NCBI GenBank assembly: GCA_016839605.1
Contig: JAEOTX010000044.1
Location: 42,171 to 106,170 of the forward strand
DNA: 64,000 bases
Direction: 5' to 3'
Source: Candidatus Thorarchaeota archaeon
Lineage (GTDB): Archaea > Asgardarchaeota > Thorarchaeia > Thorarchaeales > Thorarchaeaceae
This document shows, piece by piece, positions 57,510 to 64,000 of the stretch (position 1 is the stretch's first letter; each line of letters starts with the position of its first letter). Below the pieces are notes generated by a model. That model was given only the letters and a program-made list of their open reading frames with translations, had not been told where the DNA came from and made no database searches. The translations under genes and the position numbers were made by a program.

Positions 57510-58220
57510 TTGGGTGAAGAAACGAAATCAAAAAGCACCGAACCTCCACCAGTTACTGCACGGCCAATGATTGGGGATCTGGTTAAGTTCGGTCAGCTCA
57601 CACAGGTTTCCTACATACTACTTGGCCCTCTCGGGGCGGGAAAGACAACATACGCTGAAGCTTTTCTTTACGACGGTCTCAAGCTTGGATTCCCTGCAGT
57701 ATTTGTGACAACTGATGTCTCTCCTAGAGTCATCAGGAATGATATGAGCCGACATGGTTGGTCAATTGACGAGTATGAGAATTCAGGTCAGTTTGTTTTC
57801 ATTGACGGCTATTCTGAACGCATGGGTGCACCAATGTCAAGCACTGTCCACTCCCTTGCCAAGATTGATGACATTAGTGAGCTTGGAATTGTACTGGCTG
57901 ATGTATTAGACCGCCTGGTTGTTTCTCGTGTTGTGGTAGACAGTCTGTCCACACTTATTCTTCACTCAAATCCCGTAACAATGCCGAGAGCTGTCCAAAG
58001 ACTTAGTGGCAGAGTTACTCAAAGTTCGCATAGTATAATGTTCATCCTTGAGGAAGGCGTCCATGAAGAGAAGACCTATGCAACATTCTCGTACATGGCA
58101 GATGCAGTCCTTAGATTCAAGATAGACGATGATGGTGATCTGCCTAATCACAAGGTCCGGATGGAGCGAATGCGTGGTACGGACACATCAAGAGTCTGGA
58201 ACGACTTCGTTCTAGAATGA
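57510..58220 (+). CDS. Single-domain KaiC/RAD55-family ATPase (degenerate catalytic EE)
   Basis: GPLGAGKT, TTDVSP in place of xxEE, VVVDSLS, FSYMAD, ERMRG. Confidence 0.85.
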   Translation: MGEETKSKSTEPPPVTARPMIGDLVKFGQLTQVSYILLGPLGAGKTTYAEAFLYDGLKLGFPAVFVTTDVSPRVIRNDMSRHGWSIDEYENSGQFVFIDGYSERMGAPMSSTVHSLAKIDDISELGIVLADVLDRLVVSRVVVDSLSTLILHSNPVTMPRAVQRLSGRVTQSSHSIMFILEEGVHEEKTYATFSYMADAVLRFKIDDDGDLPNHKVRMERMRGTDTSRVWNDFVLE

Positions 58221-58293
58221 TGAGTCCTTTCTGTGAAGACTTTAAAGCGATATGTTTCCTCGAAGAGCTGAGATTGGAAGAGGAGAGTCCAAC

Positions 58294-60591
58294 GTGGAGT
58301 CTTTGTTGATTGCGACACTGAGAGATGTTCTATGTTCATCACTTTCTCTTGATGATGGTCTCTCCGCAATTCAGAATCTGGCAATAGGCACCACGAGTGA
58401 AAATGAGCTGTTATTTGAGATCGCCCGTGTAATTGAGGAGATCATTCTTCGTAGGCCTGGCCTGGCTAGTGCCAAACTTACTGAACTGACTGTCCGTCTA
58501 TCCTTTAATGAGGACCGCGTTCTTCCTGAGATGCTCTCTCTTCTGGATGTTCGCTACACAAACAGCTTCCGTCGAAGTGAAACTGAACTACTACCTGATA
58601 TTGAGGCAATACCTCAACTGCTTGATATCCTGGGTCAACTAGCACAATCAATGACTGCCGCCCTAAATCTCAATCTGAGACCTCTATTACCTTTCTTAAC
58701 TGACGAAGTATCGATGATACTGGATGCCATTATAACACGAGGACACGAAGCTTCCACAGCCTTAGCTATTCATGAGGTGCACTATCTTACCAGCATCTTG
58801 ATTCAAGAGGGCTTTTTTGTTGGTGCCGAGCTCTTGCTCAACCGGCTTTCAAAGATCACAGCTAGATTGGGAAATCAGGATCTTCTCTTCGAAACAATGT
58901 TCGATTATTCATGCGTGCTCACAGAACTTGGAATGTTTCAGGAATCAAGAAACATCCTTCATGATCTAGAGAAATCCGTTGGTGCCGATCCTGACAAAGA
59001 ACGCCTTGCAGCTGTTGTTCTTCAATTGGGAGTAAATGACACGCGTGACGATGCGGTCCATCATGAGGATGCACGGGCTGTCAGTGATAGGGCCGCACAG
59101 CTGTATGAAGAGAGTGGTGATCCCTTTCCCAGAACTAAGGATGATATTGGTCTGGCTCATCTCATCATTGGATCAAGTATTCTTGCGAATGGTTGGAGAG
59201 AGGGTGTTCCTGAGGCAATAGACCGCCTAGAAAAGGGTCTTCAAGTCTATGAACGGATTGAGGCACCCAATTTTCATCAATCCCTTCACTTGTTCAGAAT
59301 TCTAGCGGGACTCGGTTTCGCTCATGGCCTTTTGAGTGACCATGACAATACTGGGAAGAGTATTGAGTATCTAGAACGAGCCAAGGCCATTTTAGAACAA
59401 ATGGAATCCTCTGGTCATGACATGGCAGTGGACTTAGCAAGGGCTGAGAATACGTTGGGTTGGGTGTGTCTGAGTACCGAATCAGATGAGTATTGGGACA
59501 TAGGAGTTGCTGCCTTCCAACGTGCGATTCAACTACGTGAAGCACTTCAAAAAAGGGGTAGGGTATCTGAGCTGGAAATCTTGGGCAGCAAGCTTGGCCT
59601 TTCATTATCCATGATGCGGTCTCATGAATATTCTGATGAAGCTCAGAGATCACTGCGAGAAGTGCTTGTTCAGTTCGTTCCCCTATTTCCTACAGATCCT
59701 CGTGCTTTTGTCGAGGTGGCGATAGCAACTTACAATGTTGTCTGGATTACTTTCCGACATGGAGAGAAGCTCCCCCCTCGGGTCTTACGTCTGCTAGATG
59801 ATATAGACAGACTCCTAGCGGATGCTAGGGCTCAGGATGATTCGATATTTGTGCAAGGAGTTTCTTTGGTGCTTCCATATCTAGATGAATCTTGGTCTGT
59901 TTTGAAAAGCCGTGCAAGCAACCTTACTACTCACCGATCCGACCTATCGAGGGTCGGGGTTTTGATGGAAGCTCTGTCAACTTCCAAACTCAATCAGGAA
60001 TCGGTCAATCTAGGACCCACAGCTCGGATTGAGGACCCTGTCACGACCAGAGTCGAAGAGATTGATGCACTTCTTGCCATGTACTGGAGGGGGCAGACAG
60101 CTCTGGCGGAAACAGTGAAGTCCTTTTTCGAAAATCAGGACTATAGCAACCTTGCCACAGGGCTGTATCGTGCAGCGCTTTCGCTTCGAACCGTAGGTGT
60201 AGTTGAACCCTCATTTTCAGAGTCTACCGAGTTTATTCAAGCAACATGCGTATCACTTTCAGATGTTCTTCTCCGATTTGCTCTTTCTCTGGAGAATCAG
60301 TATGATGCTGTAATCGACCGGGACCGGTTCGAAACATTCCCCGAGAGCGCGGATCGAGGTCAATATCAATTCATTCTTGCTGATGACTGGCTAGGCTTAG
60401 TGAAAATAGCAGATGCCTATCTCCAGATGGTAGAGCAATCCGAGATGGTTGAAGCAAAACCCTATCTCAATGCAGTGTTTTCGAATATCTCACGTGCCCT
60501 CAGGATGATGGATGACATATCAATGGTCGATAGAAGACTGCTCTCAATGCTTGGCGAAGTTATGAATCGTAGGTACTATCTTCGGAGCTAA
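58294..60591 (+). CDS. Large alpha-solenoid / TPR-like protein
   Basis: Helical repeats such as LAGLGFAHG..SIEYLERAKAI and LARAENTLG...AFQRAIQL. GTG start with AGGAG upstream. Confidence 0.7.
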   Translation: MESLLIATLRDVLCSSLSLDDGLSAIQNLAIGTTSENELLFEIARVIEEIILRRPGLASAKLTELTVRLSFNEDRVLPEMLSLLDVRYTNSFRRSETELLPDIEAIPQLLDILGQLAQSMTAALNLNLRPLLPFLTDEVSMILDAIITRGHEASTALAIHEVHYLTSILIQEGFFVGAELLLNRLSKITARLGNQDLLFETMFDYSCVLTELGMFQESRNILHDLEKSVGADPDKERLAAVVLQLGVNDTRDDAVHHEDARAVSDRAAQLYEESGDPFPRTKDDIGLAHLIIGSSILANGWREGVPEAIDRLEKGLQVYERIEAPNFHQSLHLFRILAGLGFAHGLLSDHDNTGKSIEYLERAKAILEQMESSGHDMAVDLARAENTLGWVCLSTESDEYWDIGVAAFQRAIQLREALQKRGRVSELEILGSKLGLSLSMMRSHEYSDEAQRSLREVLVQFVPLFPTDPRAFVEVAIATYNVVWITFRHGEKLPPRVLRLLDDIDRLLADARAQDDSIFVQGVSLVLPYLDESWSVLKSRASNLTTHRSDLSRVGVLMEALSTSKLNQESVNLGPTARIEDPVTTRVEEIDALLAMYWRGQTALAETVKSFFENQDYSNLATGLYRAALSLRTVGVVEPSFSESTEFIQATCVSLSDVLLRFALSLENQYDAVIDRDRFETFPESADRGQYQFILADDWLGLVKIADAYLQMVEQSEMVEAKPYLNAVFSNISRALRMMDDISMVDRRLLSMLGEVMNRRYYLRS

Positions 60592-62687
60592 TAGACTGGT
60601 TCCTCTTCATCGTCTGCTCCGACCTTTCTAAATCCCCCAGGCTTTGCACCCCACGTAGCCCAACCAGATGTCGAAGTTCTGATCTCCCTTGCAAGCCCGA
60701 AAGACTCGCGCACTGGAATCTCGGCGTTTATGCGGTATAGGGACCTCTCCGAGTCGATTTCATGCACTCTTCCCTTTCTTCTCGCGAGAATCGCGGTAAG
60801 CTCGCCTACATGTTCTTCAGGCGCACTAATCTCAAGTCGCACCCAAGGTTCCAACGTCTGAGGGTTCCCGGATGCCACACTACATCTCATGGCTTGAATT
60901 AACGGATTAGTCACATCTCTCCAAGATGTTTCTGGTGCCTCGAATCTAAGCTGCACCTCTTTTATTATGATTGCGAGGTGCCGGAGCCTTTCCCCACTAG
61001 AAGGGCCGCTCCGGACAAGTGCCCTGAATGCTTCTCTAATCCATTCAAGCTCCTCACCGTAAGGATTGATTTTGCCTGTTGAGTCCAAGAGATAGCACCC
61101 GCCCATCGGTTCAGAGTCGAGGAGAGTTCCATATTCTTCTGCCTTGAATCCTTCCTCTGGGAGAATGGCTTGAACAGTGAAGATACTTGTAGAGTCATCC
61201 CCACTTTTGCATGATATTCCATCCCTTGTCATCTGCTCTTTGAGGAGAACCATTGGTTTGCCAATCACAACTTCAATTCCCTGTCGAGCGAGCTTCTCGA
61301 TGCTCACCTCGATGTGTAGCTCGCCTGCGCCAGAAAGAAGCATTTCCCCAGTTTCCGGATTAACCTCAAACTCCAGAGCAGGGTCTGTCATTACATATTG
61401 GGATATTGGCTCCTGAATCTCACTGAGCTGAGACAGTTTCTTCGGCTCAATAGAGTATGTGACTACCGGTTCTGTAGGGTATTCGAGTTCCATCATTGGT
61501 GAGATGCCTTCAGCGCCCTTTGTCACAAGAGTATCTCCTACAGCGATATCCTTGATACCTGTGATGAATGCAAGATTCCCTGCAGGAACTTCAGGAAGTG
61601 CTATTCTAGACTTAGACATGAAGATGCCAACCTGGAGCGATTTCCCCTCTTTTCCAGTTCTAAGATTAATCAGTGGTTCTGCACGGTTGAGAGTCCCTGA
61701 GAAGACTCGAACTGCAGCAACAAGTCCTGCGTGTCTGTCTGGTTGCACATCCCCCACAAGTAGAACAGCCGGGCCATCACTGCTAGATTCTAGAAGGCTC
61801 TTGTCATGTTCGCCACCTTGTTGTGTCCAGAACACCGGAAGACGATAAGACTGGGCTACAGTCGGATCGGGAACCGTCTTGACAACCGAGTCCAATAAGA
61901 CCTTGGCGATAGGATATTTCTCTGTCAAGCTACCTTCCTCTTCCCTTGAGTAAGATTCAACTACTTCCTCCAGTATCGCAATGAACGCATTAGCCAAGTC
62001 ACCTTTAGCTTCACTTCCTCCAGCAGCTTTATTCAGAACTGACAGATCTAATCCCCACTTATGCAGCGCCGAACCTATGCAAAGTGACGATTTGTTGAAT
62101 GATACTTCCCACTTTTCTAGAGAATCATCATCAAGATACTTGCCTAACATCGCGTTGAATTCCCGGACAGTCTTGTTAATCTCCTCAGCTACTCGCTTAG
62201 CATCTAGCCTTCTCTCTTTGATGAGCCGATCAACCTTATTGACGAATAATATAGGACGCACAAGCTCGCTCATTGCTTGTCTTGAAACCGTTTCAGTCTG
62301 GACCATTATTCCCTCAATGACATCGACAACGATGATCGCCCCATCGGTGAGTCGCAGTCCTCTTGTGACATGGCTAGAGAAGTCGATGTGTCCTGGTGTA
62401 TCAATTAAATGAATGAGATAGTCCTGTCCATCTAGTTCGTGAATAAGTGATATGCCCGAAGCCTTGATTGTAATTCCTCGTTCCTGTTCTATCATATCAT
62501 AGTCCAAAAGACGCGCCGTGGCGGCTACTTCCTTCGACAAAAGTCCGGATGATGCAATGAGTGAATCGGTAAGTGTGGTCTTTCCGTGGTCAATGTGAGC
62601 TATCACAGTGCAATTCCGAATCCGAGTTGTTTTATCTATGAGCGCTACAGCGCGTTCATTGACGAATTTCTTGTAGATATGTGACAC
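60588..62687 (-). CDS. Elongation factor 2 paralog (aEF-2p), no diphthamide motif
   Basis: AHIDHGKTT, ERGITIK, DTPGH, NKVD, GAGELH, LEP, RTSTSG. Domain IV is shortened and lacks HRG. Confidence 0.85.
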   Translation of the reverse strand: MSHIYKKFVNERAVALIDKTTRIRNCTVIAHIDHGKTTLTDSLIASSGLLSKEVAATARLLDYDMIEQERGITIKASGISLIHELDGQDYLIHLIDTPGHIDFSSHVTRGLRLTDGAIIVVDVIEGIMVQTETVSRQAMSELVRPILFVNKVDRLIKERRLDAKRVAEEINKTVREFNAMLGKYLDDDSLEKWEVSFNKSSLCIGSALHKWGLDLSVLNKAAGGSEAKGDLANAFIAILEEVVESYSREEEGSLTEKYPIAKVLLDSVVKTVPDPTVAQSYRLPVFWTQQGGEHDKSLLESSSDGPAVLLVGDVQPDRHAGLVAAVRVFSGTLNRAEPLINLRTGKEGKSLQVGIFMSKSRIALPEVPAGNLAFITGIKDIAVGDTLVTKGAEGISPMMELEYPTEPVVTYSIEPKKLSQLSEIQEPISQYVMTDPALEFEVNPETGEMLLSGAGELHIEVSIEKLARQGIEVVIGKPMVLLKEQMTRDGISCKSGDDSTSIFTVQAILPEEGFKAEEYGTLLDSEPMGGCYLLDSTGKINPYGEELEWIREAFRALVRSGPSSGERLRHLAIIIKEVQLRFEAPETSWRDVTNPLIQAMRCSVASGNPQTLEPWVRLEISAPEEHVGELTAILARRKGRVHEIDSERSLYRINAEIPVRESFGLAREIRTSTSGWATWGAKPGGFRKVGADDEEEPVY

Positions 62688-62694
62688 GAGCTCT

Positions 62695-63294
62695 CTACCT
62701 GACCATTTTCTTGTAATCAGACATAGAGATAGTGATCTCCTCTTTACATTTTCCACACGCAAAGGTGACACTGACTTTTTGCAGCCGAACTTCATCTTTC
62801 AGAGGCTGACCACATTTACATGCAAAGCCTGCAATTCCAGCTGGATTGCCAACAACCAATGCGTGAGCCGGAACATCCTTTGTGACAACCGCCCCGCTAC
62901 CGATCATGCAATAATTCCCAAGTACGATTCCACAGAGAATGGTGGCATTCGCTCCAATCGAAGTACCACGCTTGACGAGTGTGTCTGTTATCTCCCAAGA
63001 ATCACCATACGCTCTTGGATACAAATCATTGGTGAACGTCATATGTGGTCCGCAGAATACGTCGTCTTCTATTGTGACACCTTGATAGACTGATACGCCA
63101 TTCTGAATCTTCACATTATTTCCGATGACCACGTTTGCATCAACATACACATCTTTCCCGATGATGCATCCACTGCCAATATTGGCTGAGCTCCTGATAT
63201 GGGCAAAGTGCCAGACTTTCGTTCCTTCACCAATCTGTGCCCCCTCATCAACAACAGCCAGGGGGTGGATGAAGACGTCAACCATTGAACTCAC
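62695..63294 (-). CDS. Hexapeptide-repeat N-acetyltransferase (WbpD-like) with C-terminal Zn ribbon
   Basis: IHPLAVVD, KVWHF, FTND.YPR, IGANATI, VVGNPA, CKCG...CGKC. Confidence 0.88.
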   Translation of the reverse strand: MSSMVDVFIHPLAVVDEGAQIGEGTKVWHFAHIRSSANIGSGCIIGKDVYVDANVVIGNNVKIQNGVSVYQGVTIEDDVFCGPHMTFTNDLYPRAYGDSWEITDTLVKRGTSIGANATILCGIVLGNYCMIGSGAVVTKDVPAHALVVGNPAGIAGFACKCGQPLKDEVRLQKVSVTFACGKCKEEITISMSDYKKMVR

Positions 63295-63319
63295 AGGATT
63301 CAGGAATCCCCTGATGATG

Positions 63320-63934
63320 TTAACTCTTCCTCTTACCTCGGCGCTTTCTCTCTGTGAGGGATGATGACCAGAGCTTTCCTCTATAAACAGAAGTGGGAGG
63401 GCACCCTACGCATTTCTCATCTATGTATCGTTTACAAGTAGCACAGTCTACTTTGCATGGTGATTTGGAGCCGTTTGCATTTTCAGGTGCAAGATTCAGC
63501 TGAAGAAACGTTGGTACAATAGGAGCATTGCCGAACCAGCTCTCAGATCTTCTGACACCCTGTTCAGTTCTCATACTACAAGTGCCCACAATCGATTGAA
63601 GACTCCAGGTATCTTCCGCTGCCATAACTGCAATCAGGTTATAGCTGCCTGTTACAGGAGCAAGCATGAGTAATCGAGGACAGTGCTGATATTTCTCCTT
63701 GATGCGCTCTGCTACATCTATATTGTCAACTTCTAAGCCCATGAACAAGAGCTTCACGTCTAGCTCCTCTGCATTCACACCAGCAGTGACATGGACTTTG
63801 TCTTCCTTGACTAACTTGTCCAATCGCTTGCTAACGGCAACATGCGACATTTCTAGTTTCTTTCCTATCTCTGAAAGGCTTTTTCTGCCATTTTCTTGGA
63901 GGAGTGTGACTAACCGTTTGTCTACGTTATCCAA
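63320..63934 (-). CDS. Lrp/AsnC family regulator with C-terminal Cys cluster
   Basis: DKRLVTLLQENGRKSLSEIG HTH, TGSYNL, CKVDCATC-x7-CVGC. Confidence 0.85.
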   Translation of the reverse strand: MDNVDKRLVTLLQENGRKSLSEIGKKLEMSHVAVSKRLDKLVKEDKVHVTAGVNAEELDVKLLFMGLEVDNIDVAERIKEKYQHCPRLLMLAPVTGSYNLIAVMAAEDTWSLQSIVGTCSMRTEQGVRRSESWFGNAPIVPTFLQLNLAPENANGSKSPCKVDCATCKRYIDEKCVGCPPTSVYRGKLWSSSLTERKRRGKRKS

Positions 63935-64000
63935 TGCATCTACGCTCCGGATGTTACTAGAGTATACTCCCTAGTTAACACGTGTAACCTGGGCTTACAA

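Overview
Gene-dense archaeal DNA, most likely an Asgard archaeon of the Thorarchaeia type. This assignment is inferred from two Rab-like GTPases, a roadblock protein, WD40 and alpha-solenoid proteins, an EF-2 paralog without the diphthamide motif, archaeal CODH/ACS and tetraether synthase. I found no rRNA, tRNA, CRISPR array or transposase. Housekeeping genes include an M20 peptidase, an IleRS with a GVHH signature, Tes, PhzF, TldD/PmbA, a polyprenyl synthase, an Fe3+/thiamine-type ABC transporter, arcTGT, HflX, CofE, LarC and PolB2 with its small partner. A large C1/energy block holds FwdD/F/G/B-like genes, an HdrA-MvhD fusion, two CooC genes and cdhABCDE. The best candidates for undescribed systems are: (1) a metF-mtrH'-mtrA-mtrH-mmp14 operon that could be a soluble methyl shuttle between the H4folate and H4MPT pools; (2) a CxxC thioredoxin/KaiB-like gene overlapping a 'split KaiC' pair, next to roadblock and small-GTPase genes; (3) a HEAT plus adaptin/COP-appendage-like protein next to a WD40 propeller and a Rab-like GTPase; (4) a stand-alone structured RNA of about 130 nt at 8081-8210; (5) FwdB/FwdD-like proteins lacking their Mo/W-site residues, linked to HdrA and CODH/ACS; (6) a 20-bp motif shared by the PolB2 operon upstream region and a neighbouring orphan gene. 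All family assignments come from motif recognition and remembered reference sequences, not database searches.
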